Source: Demequinaceae bacterium (GTDB lineage Bacteria > Actinomycetota > Actinomycetes > Actinomycetales > Demequinaceae). Taken from it: DNA of 32,000 nucleotides. A model generated the notes under the pieces. That model saw nothing but the letters and a program-made list of their open reading frames with translations. It searched no databases and had not been told where the DNA came from. Positions within the stretch are counted from its first letter, which is position 1; the number at the start of each line of letters is the position of its first letter. Made by a program: the position numbers and the translations under genes. Shown here piece by piece: positions 1-10,105 of the stretch. The DNA lies in contig OZ252279.1 in NCBI GenBank assembly GCA_965250005.1, positions 930,001 to 962,000 on the forward strand, written 5' to 3'.

Positions 1-303
1 GCGGGCCGTTCCGAACACGTCAGAGCCAGCGAGTGCATCGTCACTCACATGGACGGCGTGCTGAACGCCAAGCTGCAGCGCCTTGCGCACCGCGGCAACG
101 GCATCGGCACCGCCGACGGTCAGCGCGGTGACCTCGCCTCCTCCCTCGCCTGGGGCTTCGACTATCTGGAGTGCGGCCTCGACGGCGTTCTCATCCAGTT
201 CGTTCATGGAGCCGTCGTCCGCCGTGCGGGTGACGCGACCGTCCGTGAAGGACCGCTGGGACTGCAGGTCGGGCACGAATTTGACGCAAACGAGAATGTG
301 CAT
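1..303 (-). CDS. etfB: Electron transfer flavoprotein beta subunit, N-terminal part (partial, runs off left edge)
   Basis: Hand translation of the minus strand from ATG at 303: MHILVCVKFVPDLQSQRSFTDGRVTRTADDGSMNELDENAVEAALQIVE... The (V)CVK.VPD start and NELDENAVEAAL.. are typical of EtfB/FixA. The frame is open to base 1. The supplied ORF track omits it because it has no stop in the window. Confidence 0.88.
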   Translation of the reverse strand, partial: MHILVCVKFVPDLQSQRSFTDGRVTRTADDGSMNELDENAVEAALQIVEAPGEGGGEVTALTVGGADAVAAVRKALQLGVQHAVHVSDDALAGSDVFGTAR

Positions 304-374
304 GGCGTAACTCTACCGAGCCGTGGCGGCCTCCCCGCGCGCCCGGGACAATCGGGCCGCACCCATCCGGCACA

Positions 375-2519
375 ATGGACGCCGTGACTACCGTTCCCTC
401 TCCAGACCCGTTCCGGCTTGGATTTCACCTCGCCGACGGAGGAGCCACGATCGCCATCTACGCGCCATACGCTAATGGCCTCGAACTGTGCCTGTTTGAC
501 GACGCGGGCGCAGAGACCCGCGTCAGCCTCGCCGGTCCCACGGCTGGCATCTGGCATGCATTCGTCCCGGACGTCATGGCCGGCCAACTGTACGGCCTGC
601 GCGCGAGCGGCGAATGGGATCCCGCCGAGGGTCACCTTTTCAATCCGTCGAAACTGTTGCTCGACCCCTACGCGCGCGGCATCGAGGGAACGCTCGCCGG
701 CGAGTTGGACGACGGCTTTGAAGCGTTCCTGAGCCGGGACGACACCGCGGACTCCGCGCACGTAGTCCCGCGCGGCGTCCTGCTCGCGGATCCCGACCGC
801 GGCCTCGTCGCCCCCCGGCCGCGGGTGGCGTGGGAAGACACCGTCATCTACGAGGCGCACGTGCGCGGCCTCACCATGAATCTCCCGGACGTGCCTGAGG
901 ATATCCGCGGCACGTACGCGGCGCTCGGCCACGCCTCGACCATCGCGCATCTGACCGAACTGGGCGCTACCAGCCTGGAGTTGTTGCCTATCCACACCAG
1001 CGGCGACGAGCCTCACCTGGAACGCCTGGGCCTCACCAACTACTGGGGCTACAGCACGCTCGGCTTTTTCGCGCCGCACGCGGCCTACGCGTCGCAAGCC
1101 GCCCAGGAATCCGGCGCCCAGGGGGTCCTTGACGAACTGCGCGCGGCCGTTGACGCGCTTCACCGCGCGGGCATCGAGGTTCTGCTCGACGTTGTCTACA
1201 ACCACACCGCCGAGGGCGGCGAGGGAGGGCGTCACATCTCGTGGCGGGGACTGGCCAACCGCAGTTACTACCGACACGCGCCCGGCTCCCCCGGCACGCT
1301 CGATGACACGACAGGGACCGGGAACACGCTCGACTTCGGTCAGCCGCGCGTGGTCCAGATGGCGCTCGACTCGCTTCGCTATTGGATAGACGACGTGGGG
1401 GTGGACGGCTTCCGGTTCGACCTCGCCGCCACGCTCGGACGCAACGGCAACGGCTTCGACACCCAACATCCGTTCCTGGTCGCGCTCACTACTGATCCCA
1501 CGCTGTCGTCCACCAAGCTGATTGCGGAACCGTGGGACACGGGCGTAGGCGGCTGGCAGACGGGCAACTTTCCCGAGCCCATGGCGGAGTGGAATGACCG
1601 CTTCCGCGATCACTTGCGTTCCTTCTGGCTCACCGACGCGCGCCGCCTGATCGCACACAAGCCCGCCCGCGGTGTCCGCGAACTCGCCACGCGCCTGGCT
1701 GGCTCCTCCGATCTCTTTGGTGACGGCCACCCGCCGCTCGCGCGCGGCCCGATCGCGTCCATCAACTTCGTCACGTCTCACGACGGCTTCACACTGCACG
1801 ACCTCACAGCGTTTGACGGCAAGCACAACGAGGACAACGGCGAGGGCAACAGGGACGGCACGGACAACAACAACTCGTGGAACCACGGCGTCGAGGGAGA
1901 ATCGGACGACCCGGCCGTCCGCTCAGCCCGCGAACGCTCGTCGCGGAACCTTCTCGGCAGCCTCATCCTCGCCGCAGGCATCCCCATGATTACTGCCGGC
2001 GACGAGTTCGGCCGCACGCAGGGGGGCAACAACAACGCCTACTGCCACAACAGCAACGTTTCGTGGATCGACTGGGACCTGGACCACTGGCAGCACGACC
2101 TGCGCGCTACCACCCAGTACCTACTGCGCTTGCGCCGCGAAAGCCCGGTACTGAGGCCCACCACGTTCTACGAAGGCCGCGACCGCGACACCTCCCGCAG
2201 GGACGACCTCGCATGGTTCCAGGCAGACGGGACTCCGGCAACGGAGGCCTGGTGGCACGACACCTCAAAACGGGTGCTACAGATGATGCGATCGCTCGCT
2301 GAAGGCCCCGACGCGCTACTCGTTGTCAACGGCTTCGTGGACGACGCTGACGTCATCATCCCCGCAGACGCGGGACCTGAATGGCGGCTGATGTGGGACA
2401 GCGTCTGGCATCACCCCGGTGGCGATCCGGCGCAAGCGGCGCGCGCGGCGCAACTGTCTGCCCCCGGCTCCACGGCCCTCATGCCTGGCCTGTCAATGCG
2501 GCTGTACTTCAGCGCCTAG
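375..2519 (+). CDS. glgX: Glycogen debranching enzyme GlgX (isoamylase-type GH13)
   Basis: 714 aa; N-terminal CBM48-like region; GH13 motifs DVVYNHTAEG, VDGFRFDLA, NFVTSHDGFTLHDL, and NEDNGEGNRDGTDNNNSWNHGVEG typical of GlgX. Confidence 0.95.
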   Translation: MDAVTTVPSPDPFRLGFHLADGGATIAIYAPYANGLELCLFDDAGAETRVSLAGPTAGIWHAFVPDVMAGQLYGLRASGEWDPAEGHLFNPSKLLLDPYARGIEGTLAGELDDGFEAFLSRDDTADSAHVVPRGVLLADPDRGLVAPRPRVAWEDTVIYEAHVRGLTMNLPDVPEDIRGTYAALGHASTIAHLTELGATSLELLPIHTSGDEPHLERLGLTNYWGYSTLGFFAPHAAYASQAAQESGAQGVLDELRAAVDALHRAGIEVLLDVVYNHTAEGGEGGRHISWRGLANRSYYRHAPGSPGTLDDTTGTGNTLDFGQPRVVQMALDSLRYWIDDVGVDGFRFDLAATLGRNGNGFDTQHPFLVALTTDPTLSSTKLIAEPWDTGVGGWQTGNFPEPMAEWNDRFRDHLRSFWLTDARRLIAHKPARGVRELATRLAGSSDLFGDGHPPLARGPIASINFVTSHDGFTLHDLTAFDGKHNEDNGEGNRDGTDNNNSWNHGVEGESDDPAVRSARERSSRNLLGSLILAAGIPMITAGDEFGRTQGGNNNAYCHNSNVSWIDWDLDHWQHDLRATTQYLLRLRRESPVLRPTTFYEGRDRDTSRRDDLAWFQADGTPATEAWWHDTSKRVLQMMRSLAEGPDALLVVNGFVDDADVIIPADAGPEWRLMWDSVWHHPGGDPAQAARAAQLSAPGSTALMPGLSMRLYFSA

Positions 2520-2539
2520 GCATTGCCCTTGGGCGCCTA

Positions 2540-3199
2540 TCAGCCCAGCTCGCCAGTCAACTCCTCGACCGCATCGTCCACGAGATCCCCGCCAATCTCG
2601 TCGATATTTGATAGGTGGCCTGCGATCGCGATCGCCGCAATGTCCGCGACGTCAGTAACGGAAGCCAGGTACGAAGCCTCCGCACCTGGCGCAACAAGCG
2701 GCATCGACAGCCTGCCCGCCTTGTCCGTTGTCGCGATCGCGTACTCGCCGTCCACGAGAGCCCAGCCGCCAGGCGTCTGCGTCAAGAAGATGACGCACGT
2801 ATCCGCCCCGCGCACAGCATCGTCAATTGATGGGCCTTGCCCCGATGCTCCAATGTCCACCGTGATGACTCCCGAGGCGCCTCCCACGATCGAACTACGG
2901 ATCTCAAACGTTGCGTAGTTGCGGTGCTCCCCCGCCGCGGCGTCGAACTCGCTGGTGGCGCCGGTGAACCAGCCGGCGACGATCGAGTCCGCACCCGTGA
3001 AAGCGTTGACGCCAAGCACGTACTCCACAACATTGTGTGGCGCGAGCGGATCGACGCTCGCCGCGTACCGCTGTTGCAGCATCTGGGAGTACTTACGCCA
3101 CGCTGCCGACTCCTCGTCCGCTGGGCCGCTCGTTGCGCACGCCGCGAGCCCCATTGCGGCCGCGATGGCCAGCGCTACCACCCGCATTGTCTGCGTCAT
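2540..3199 (-). CDS. Putative secreted lipoprotein of unknown function
   Basis: 219 aa; signal sequence MTQTMRVVALAIAAAMGLAAC with lipobox LAAC; convergent with glgX, divergent from glgE. Confidence 0.75.
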   Translation of the reverse strand: MTQTMRVVALAIAAAMGLAACATSGPADEESAAWRKYSQMLQQRYAASVDPLAPHNVVEYVLGVNAFTGADSIVAGWFTGATSEFDAAAGEHRNYATFEIRSSIVGGASGVITVDIGASGQGPSIDDAVRGADTCVIFLTQTPGGWALVDGEYAIATTDKAGRLSMPLVAPGAEASYLASVTDVADIAAIAIAGHLSNIDEIGGDLVDDAVEELTGELG

Positions 3200-3320
3200 C
3201 GCGACCTCCCTAGCGTTCCTCGCCAGGCTACGCCCCCCGCCAGCGCGGGTCGGTAGCGACCCGGCTATCCAGCGACCCCGCTACGCGGCATCCGATGTAC
3301 ACAGTTTCCCGCCGTGACGG

Positions 3321-3326
3321 TAATCT
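3321..3326 (+). promoter_or_regulatory. Candidate -10 element (TAATCT) for glgE, possibly giving a leaderless transcript
   Basis: TAATCT lies 6 nt before the glgE ATG (3333) and no purine-rich Shine-Dalgarno is visible directly upstream. The -35 is unconvincing. Confidence 0.35.
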
Positions 3327-3332
3327 CAAGAC

Positions 3333-5333
3333 ATGCCTCACTCTCGCGCAGAGTCGGTCGGGCGCATTCCCGTCGTTGCCGTCGGCCCCTCGCTAGAGGA
3401 AGGTCGATGGCCCGCTCGCGCCGTCGTGGGCGAGGCCGTGCCGCTGTTCGCCACGGTGTTCCGCGAAGGGCACGACGCCGTATCCGCAACCGCGATCATC
3501 ACCGGCCCGAATGGCAAGACCACTACGCTGCCCATGCCCTGCGAAGACTGGGGCAACAGCCGCTACGTCGCGCACTTCACACCCGCAACCGAAGGGGACT
3601 ACACGTTCAGCGTCGAAGGCTGGTCGGACCCGGTTGCCACGTGGGCACGCGTCGCCGAGGTCAAACTCCACGCCGGCGTTGACCAGACGCTCGTGCTCTC
3701 CGAGGGCGTCCACGTTCTCGAGCGTGCGAACGAGGAGGTCGACCGGACGCCCGCCCAACAGAAGCTCATATTCTCGGCCATCGCGTCTCTCCGCGACGCC
3801 ACCACCAAACCCGAGGATCGGCTCGCGAAAGCGCTGAGCGCCAAGGTAGGGCGCGAACTCAACCGGGCACCACTGCGCGACTTCGTGACCGTGTCGCGCG
3901 ACTACCCGTTGCGCGTGCAGCGTGAGCGCGCGCTGTTCAGCGCGTGGTACGAGATGTTCCCGCGTTCAGAGGGCGCCGTGCAGGACCCCAAGACCAAACG
4001 GTGGACGTCCGGCACGTTCGCCACGGCGGTCAAGCGCCTGCCTGCCATCGCGGGCATGGGCTTCGACACGATCTACCTCACTCCCATCCACCCCATCGGC
4101 ACTACCAATCGGAAGGGCCGCAATAACTCGCTCAAGACAGTCGCGGGTGACCCCGGCAGCCCGTACGCCGTCGGCTCCAAAGACGGTGGACACGACGCGA
4201 TCCACCCCGATCTGGGCACCATGGCGGACTTCAAGGAGTTCGTGGCGACGGCCAAGACGGGCGGCATGGAGGTCGCGCTCGACCTCGCTCTCCAGTGCTC
4301 CCCCGACCACCCGTGGGTGACCGATCACCCCGAGTGGTTCACCACCCTTGTGGATGGCAGCATCGCGTTTGCGGAGAACCCGCCCAAGAAGTACCAGGAC
4401 ATTTACCCGCTCAACTTCGACAACGACCCCGAGGGCATTTACACGGAAATTCGCCGCGTAGTACAAGTGTGGATCGACGCCGGGGTCACGGCGTTCCGCG
4501 TGGACAACCCGCACACCAAGCCGCTCGCGTTTTGGGAACGCCTACTGGCCGACGTCGCGGCCAACCACCCCGACGTCATCTTTCTCAGCGAGGCATTCAC
4601 GCTCCCCGCGATGATGCACACGCTCGCCAAGATCGGCTTCCATCAGTCGTACACGTACTTCACGTGGCGCCAGACGGCGACCGAGATGGCCGACTACCTC
4701 GCCGAGGTGCACGGCGATGCGTCCGCATACATGCGCCCCAATTTCTGGCCGACGACGCACGACATCCTCACCCCAGACCTGCAGGGAGCGGGAGCCGCCA
4801 TGTTCGAGGCGCGCGCCGTTCTCGCCGCGACGGGCAGCCCGTCCTGGGGCATCTACTCCGGCTATGAGCTGGTCGAGGACGTCTCGCGGCCTGGCGCAGA
4901 CGAGCAGATCGACAGCGAGAAATACGAGTTCAAGCCTCGTGACTGGTCCGCTGCCAAGAAGCACAGCATCGCGGCCCTACTGACGGCTCTCAACAAGGCG
5001 CGTCATGCACACCCGGCTCTCCAGCGGCTCGGCGGCCTCGCAGTCCACCAGACCGACAATCCCGCGGTAATGTGCTTCTCTAAGTTCCTCCCGGCGGACC
5101 AGTCGCCCACCGGCAAGGCGGACGCCGTCATCGTAGCCGTAAATATGAATCCCGTGAAGATGCAGGATGCGACTATCATCTTCGACCTGGCTGCCATTGG
5201 CCTGAGCGGGGGGGCGACCATCAGAGTGGATGACGCCATCACCAAGGAGAAGTACACCTGGGATGAGCAGATCTACGTGCAACTCGACCCGAAGGTGTCC
5301 ATCGCGCACGTTGCGGGAGTCGACCTCACATGA
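3333..5333 (+). CDS. glgE: Alpha-1,4-glucan:maltose-1-phosphate maltosyltransferase
   Basis: 666 aa; GlgE hallmarks including DTIYLTPIHPIGTTNRKGRNN, LALQCSPDHPWVTDHPEWF, AFRVDNPHTKPLAFWERL, IFLSEAFT. Confidence 0.96.
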   Translation: MPHSRAESVGRIPVVAVGPSLEEGRWPARAVVGEAVPLFATVFREGHDAVSATAIITGPNGKTTTLPMPCEDWGNSRYVAHFTPATEGDYTFSVEGWSDPVATWARVAEVKLHAGVDQTLVLSEGVHVLERANEEVDRTPAQQKLIFSAIASLRDATTKPEDRLAKALSAKVGRELNRAPLRDFVTVSRDYPLRVQRERALFSAWYEMFPRSEGAVQDPKTKRWTSGTFATAVKRLPAIAGMGFDTIYLTPIHPIGTTNRKGRNNSLKTVAGDPGSPYAVGSKDGGHDAIHPDLGTMADFKEFVATAKTGGMEVALDLALQCSPDHPWVTDHPEWFTTLVDGSIAFAENPPKKYQDIYPLNFDNDPEGIYTEIRRVVQVWIDAGVTAFRVDNPHTKPLAFWERLLADVAANHPDVIFLSEAFTLPAMMHTLAKIGFHQSYTYFTWRQTATEMADYLAEVHGDASAYMRPNFWPTTHDILTPDLQGAGAAMFEARAVLAATGSPSWGIYSGYELVEDVSRPGADEQIDSEKYEFKPRDWSAAKKHSIAALLTALNKARHAHPALQRLGGLAVHQTDNPAVMCFSKFLPADQSPTGKADAVIVAVNMNPVKMQDATIIFDLAAIGLSGGATIRVDDAITKEKYTWDEQIYVQLDPKVSIAHVAGVDLT

Positions 5334-7015
5334 AGCACCTGTTGGACGCGTTGCCTAAGTCAGGGCGCGCCCTTGCTGACAACCCGCTGTGGTACCGCAA
5401 TGCCGTCTTCTACGAGGTGATGATTCGCTCGTTCAAGGACAGCGACGGCGACGGGGTCGGCGACATCCGTGGCCTCATAGACCAGCTGGACTACCTCGCG
5501 TGGCTAGGCGTGGACGCACTGTGGCTGCCGCCGTTCTTCCCGTCGCCCATGCGCGACGGCGGCTACGACGTGGCTGACTACCGCGGCGTGCATCCCATCT
5601 ACGGCTCGATGGAGGACTTCGACAATCTGATCACCGAGGTGCACAAGCGCGGCATGCGCGTCATCATCGACCTGGTCATGAACCATACGTCAGACCAGCA
5701 CGCGTGGTTCCAGGCCTCGCGCGAGGACCCGAAGGGGCTGTACGGGGACTACTATGTGTGGTCGGACACGGACAGCAAGTGGTCGGACGCGCGCATCATC
5801 TTCACGGACATTGAGGAGTCGAACTGGACCTGGGACAACGTCCGTCACCAGTACTTCTGGCACCGCTTCTACGGCCACCAGCCTGACCTCAACTTTGAGA
5901 ACCCCAAGGTCCAAGAAGAGATGTTCGACGTCGCCCGCTTCTGGCTGGCCAAGGGCATCGATGGGTTTCGCCTAGACGCGGTCCCGTACCTGTTCGAGGA
6001 CGACGGCAACGTGGGCGAGAACGACCCCCGCACGCACACGTTCCTCGCTCAACTGCGCGCCATGGTCGATTCTGAGTTTCCAGGCTCCGTGCTGCTCGCC
6101 GAGGCAAACCAGCCCCCCGCCGAGGCGGCCGAGTACTTCGGTACCGAGGAAGCGCCCGAGTGCCACATGGCCTTCCATTTTCCTGTGATGCCGCGAATAT
6201 TCCACGCCATCAAAGCCGAAGACGCCACCGCGCTGCGCGACGTGCTGCACGACACCCCCGTTCCACCGGCGAACGGCCAATGGAGTACGTTCTTGCGCAA
6301 CCACGACGAGGTCACGCTAGAGATGGTGGACCCCAAGGAGCGCGACCAGATGCTCGACTGGTACGCGCCCGACCCGGCAATGAAGGCACACACGGGCATC
6401 GCCCGCCGCCTCGCCCCCCTGTTCGACAACTCGCGCCAAGCGCTCGAAATCGCGCACGCACTGATCCTCTCGCTACCGGGCACCCCGTGCCTGTACTACG
6501 GAGACGAAATCGGCATGGGCGACAACGTTTGGCTGCCGGACCGCGACGCAGTGCGCACCCCCATGCAGTGGACCCCGGACCGCAACGCCGGCTTCAGCGA
6601 GGCCGACCCAGGTCAGCTCACTCTGCCCGTAGTGCAGTCGCTGCTTCACCACTACAACGCGGTGAACGTGGAGTCGAGCCTCATTCGGCCCACGTCGATG
6701 CTGTACTGGCTGCAGCGGATGATCGCTTCGCGCGCCGAGCACCCAGCGTTCTCGGACGGCGGCTACCAAGACGTGCCGTCTACCGAGCGCCAGGTTTTCT
6801 CGTTCCTGCGCACCCACCCGGACGAGTCCATCCTGGTCGCGATCAACTTCTCCACGCACCAGGCGTCCACGCTGCTGGACCTCCCGGACTACAAGAATGC
6901 AACCGTCCGGACCATCGTCTCCAGTACGCCATTCCAGAATGTAGGCGAAGATGGGAAACTGCGGCTCACTTTCGCGCCGCACTCGTTTTACTGGCTGGTG
7001 GTGACGCGTGCCTAG
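5330..7015 (+). CDS. treS: Maltose alpha-D-glucosyltransferase (trehalose synthase)
   Basis: 561 aa; [77 protein letters not shown]. Starts in an ATGA overlap with the glgE stop. Confidence 0.95.
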   Translation: MKHLLDALPKSGRALADNPLWYRNAVFYEVMIRSFKDSDGDGVGDIRGLIDQLDYLAWLGVDALWLPPFFPSPMRDGGYDVADYRGVHPIYGSMEDFDNLITEVHKRGMRVIIDLVMNHTSDQHAWFQASREDPKGLYGDYYVWSDTDSKWSDARIIFTDIEESNWTWDNVRHQYFWHRFYGHQPDLNFENPKVQEEMFDVARFWLAKGIDGFRLDAVPYLFEDDGNVGENDPRTHTFLAQLRAMVDSEFPGSVLLAEANQPPAEAAEYFGTEEAPECHMAFHFPVMPRIFHAIKAEDATALRDVLHDTPVPPANGQWSTFLRNHDEVTLEMVDPKERDQMLDWYAPDPAMKAHTGIARRLAPLFDNSRQALEIAHALILSLPGTPCLYYGDEIGMGDNVWLPDRDAVRTPMQWTPDRNAGFSEADPGQLTLPVVQSLLHHYNAVNVESSLIRPTSMLYWLQRMIASRAEHPAFSDGGYQDVPSTERQVFSFLRTHPDESILVAINFSTHQASTLLDLPDYKNATVRTIVSSTPFQNVGEDGKLRLTFAPHSFYWLVVTRA

Positions 7016-9182
7016 GAAACTCGCAGCAGCGCTACTCGAGGAAGTGTCGGCGGGGACACACCACGAGCCGCATGCGGTGCTTGGCGCACACAAGGACGCC
7101 GACGGCGTGACAGTGCGGGTGCTGCGCCCACTCGCAAAGAAGGTCGCGATCGAGACGCTAACCGGCACATTTGAGGCCGCACACGAATACAAAGGCATTT
7201 GGGTCGCCGACATCCCGGGCGAAGAAGTCCCCGACTATCGGGTCCACGTGACGTACGACGGCGACCCCGTCGTCACTGACTGTCCCTACCGGTTTCTGCC
7301 CGCCGTCGGCGAGCTAGACCTCCATCTGATCCGCGAGGGTCGGCACGAGGCGCTCTGGGACGTGATGGGCGCCAACATGAAGAGCTACCCGTCCGCGCTG
7401 GGCGACGTCGAAGGCACCGCGTTCTCGGTATGGGCACCCAACGCGCGCGCCGTCCGCGTTGTGGGCGACTTCAACCTCTGGCAAGGCGTCACACATGCGA
7501 TGCGCTCGCTCGGATCGTCGGGCATCTGGGAGCTGTTCGTTCCTGGCGTGATGGCCGGTGAGCGCTACAAGTTCGAGGTGCTCGGCCGCGACGGCCACCG
7601 CCAACACAAGGCGGACCCGATGGCCCGCTCCACAGAGACGCCTCCCGACACCGCATCCGTGGTAGCACGCTCGCAGCACGAGTGGGCGGACGCCGAGTGG
7701 ATGAAGCGCCGAGCGGGAACCGAGCCGCACGCAGCGCCCATGAGCGTCTATGAGGTTCACCTGGGCTCGTGGCGACCAGGACTGACATACCGCGACCTCG
7801 CGCGCGAACTCACCGACTACGTGGTGGAACACGGCTTCACTCACGTCGAAATGATGCCCGTCATGGAGCACCCGTTCGGGGGCTCATGGGGGTATCAGGT
7901 GACGTCGTATTACGCGCCAACGGCGCGGTTCGGCACCCCTGACGACTTTCGCTTCCTGGTGGACGCCCTTCACCAGGCTGGCGTCGGCGTACTGCTGGAC
8001 TGGGTTCCCGGACACTTCCCCAAGGACGAATGGGCGCTCGCGCGATTCGACGGCACGCCCCTGTACGAGCACCCCGACCCGCTACGCGGCGAGCAGCCCG
8101 ACTGGGGTACGTTCGTCTTCGACTTCGGCCGCGCCGAGGTACGCAACTTCCTGGTGGCGAACGCCATCTACTGGCTTCAGGAATTCCATGCTGACGGCCT
8201 GCGCGTGGACGCCGTTGCGTCGATGCTCTACTTGGACTACTCGCGCAAGGCAGGCCAGTGGCGCCCCAACGTGCACGGCGGCCGCGAGAACCTAGACGCG
8301 ATCGCCTTCCTTCAGGAAGTAAACGCCACCGCATATCGCAACTGCCCGGGCATTGTCATGATTGCCGAGGAGTCCACCGCTTGGCCTGGCGTCACTCAGC
8401 CAACGGGCTCCAGTGGTCTCGGCTTTGGCCTCAAATGGAACATGGGCTGGATGAACGACACTCTGCGCTACCTGGCGGAGGAGCCCGTCAATCGCGAGCA
8501 TCACCACGACATGGCGACGTTTTCGATGATGTACGCCTTCTCCGAACAGTTCATGCTGCCCATCAGTCACGACGAGGTAGTCCACGGCAAGGGGTCGCTG
8601 TACGCGAAGATGCCCGGGGACCACTGGCAGAAGGCGGCTGGCGTGCGGGCTCTCATCGCGTACCAATGGACGCACCCCGGTAAGCAACTGCTGTTCATGG
8701 GATCCGAGTTCGCGCAGAGCGCTGAGTGGTCCGAGGGCCAGGGCTTGGACTGGTGGCACCTGGACGACGCAAAACACGCGGGCACCTTGCGAATGGTCAA
8801 GGACCTCAACGCGCTTTACAAGGCGTCTCCAGAGCTCTGGGAACTCGACGCCGACCCCGCGGGCTTCGAATGGATTGACGCCGACGACGCAGAGCACAAC
8901 GTGCTCGTGTACATGAGGCGCGGCCGATCGGGAGGCGTGGTTGCGGTGGCGGTGAACTTCGCGGGCACCCCACATGACGAATACCGACTCGCGCTGCCCT
9001 CCGGTGGCGCGTGGGATGAGGTATTCAACACGGACGCAGAGGTCTACGGCGGTTCCGGTGTGGGCAACCTCGGGCGAGTGCAGGCTGACAACGGCCCGCT
9101 ACGTCAGTTCGAGCACTCCGCCGAGGTGCGACTGCCCCCGCTCGGCGCCGTGGTATTCCGCCCCACCACCAACGAGGTCTAG
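7008..9182 (+). CDS. glgB: 1,4-alpha-glucan branching enzyme
   Basis: 724 aa; [86 protein letters not shown]. Overlaps the 3' end of treS. Confidence 0.96.
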   Translation: MPRKLAAALLEEVSAGTHHEPHAVLGAHKDADGVTVRVLRPLAKKVAIETLTGTFEAAHEYKGIWVADIPGEEVPDYRVHVTYDGDPVVTDCPYRFLPAVGELDLHLIREGRHEALWDVMGANMKSYPSALGDVEGTAFSVWAPNARAVRVVGDFNLWQGVTHAMRSLGSSGIWELFVPGVMAGERYKFEVLGRDGHRQHKADPMARSTETPPDTASVVARSQHEWADAEWMKRRAGTEPHAAPMSVYEVHLGSWRPGLTYRDLARELTDYVVEHGFTHVEMMPVMEHPFGGSWGYQVTSYYAPTARFGTPDDFRFLVDALHQAGVGVLLDWVPGHFPKDEWALARFDGTPLYEHPDPLRGEQPDWGTFVFDFGRAEVRNFLVANAIYWLQEFHADGLRVDAVASMLYLDYSRKAGQWRPNVHGGRENLDAIAFLQEVNATAYRNCPGIVMIAEESTAWPGVTQPTGSSGLGFGLKWNMGWMNDTLRYLAEEPVNREHHHDMATFSMMYAFSEQFMLPISHDEVVHGKGSLYAKMPGDHWQKAAGVRALIAYQWTHPGKQLLFMGSEFAQSAEWSEGQGLDWWHLDDAKHAGTLRMVKDLNALYKASPELWELDADPAGFEWIDADDAEHNVLVYMRRGRSGGVVAVAVNFAGTPHDEYRLALPSGGAWDEVFNTDAEVYGGSGVGNLGRVQADNGPLRQFEHSAEVRLPPLGAVVFRPTTNEV

Positions 9183-10105
9183 AACAACACCGCGGCAAGC
9201 GCGCGGCGCGCATCAACCACACGCGGGTCCGCGGCGCCAACGATCTCAAACAGGTCCACCAGGCGCAGCCGAACTGGCTCGCGAGCGTCCGCCGGAAGTG
9301 TGCGGATCAGGTCGACGAGCCGCACGAATGCATCTTCGACCTTGCCTCCGAGCACGTCTAGGTCGGCAACGGCCATCTGGACGCCGGGGTCCTCAGGCGC
9401 GTCGGCCGCAGCCTTTCGCGCCGCCTGGAGGTCTGCTCCCGCCGTGCGCTGCATGAGGCCCACCTGGGCTAGACCGGCACGCGCGTCGCTGTCTCGGGGG
9501 TTCTGGGTGATCGCACTCCTGTACGCAGCGGCGGCAGCGTCCAGATCGTTGCGTTCGATCGCGTCGAACGCCTCCTGATGGAGAGGCGGAAGCGGTGGGG
9601 GCGGGGGTGGCGCCGCATCCTCAGCCTTGGTCTCATCGCCCGTCGCAGTTCCGACGATGCCACTCTCAACTGCGATCGCCAATACCTGGTCGATGACTTC
9701 TACGAGTTGTTCGCGCGTCGCCGTTCCCTGAAACAGCGGTGCGGGACGGCCGGCAATGAGTGCGACGACCGCCGGCACAGCCTGCGCCTGAAACGCCTGC
9801 GCTACCGCCGGGTGGGCCTGCACATCGCAGTTGGCGAGGACGAAGCGGCCTGCGTACTCTCCCGCCATCTTCTCGATCAGCGCCGTGAGGTCGATGCTGG
9901 GCTGGCTCACGGCGGCGTGCAGGTTAACGATCACCGGGACCTGCGACGACCGTTCGGCGATCTCCTCGAAGTTCGCCTCCGTCATCTCCACAATCACAGC
10001 GCCGGAGGACGCTGCCGCCGTGCCAGCAGCGGTGGTCGCTCCACGCGCTGCGAGCGCGGACAGGTCAATACCGCCGCGAAGAGGGGCGGTGGGGTCTACT
10101 GTCAT
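9179..10105 (-). CDS. Thioredoxin-fold + TPR protein, YbbN/CnoX-like, without catalytic CxxC
   Basis: 308 aa; N-terminal Trx-like order ([15 protein letters not shown]...[35 protein letters not shown]...FQG), Pro-rich linker, then TPR-like C-terminal half. Confidence 0.8.
   Translation of the reverse strand: MTVDPTAPLRGGIDLSALAARGATTAAGTAAASSGAVIVEMTEANFEEIAERSSQVPVIVNLHAAVSQPSIDLTALIEKMAGEYAGRFVLANCDVQAHPAVAQAFQAQAVPAVVALIAGRPAPLFQGTATREQLVEVIDQVLAIAVESGIVGTATGDETKAEDAAPPPPPPLPPLHQEAFDAIERNDLDAAAAAYRSAITQNPRDSDARAGLAQVGLMQRTAGADLQAARKAAADAPEDPGVQMAVADLDVLGGKVEDAFVRLVDLIRTLPADAREPVRLRLVDLFEIVGAADPRVVDARRALAAVLF

Noticed and set aside
204-1886. 560 aa minus-strand ORF opposite glgX
   Set aside because: Shadow ORF in high-GC sequence: Val/Arg/Ala-rich, no recognisable domain, fully antisense to a clear glgX.
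3246-3263. CGGGTC-ggtagc-GACCCG hairpin upstream of glgE
   Set aside because: Only 6 bp, no T-tract, upstream of the likely promoter; expected by chance at this GC.
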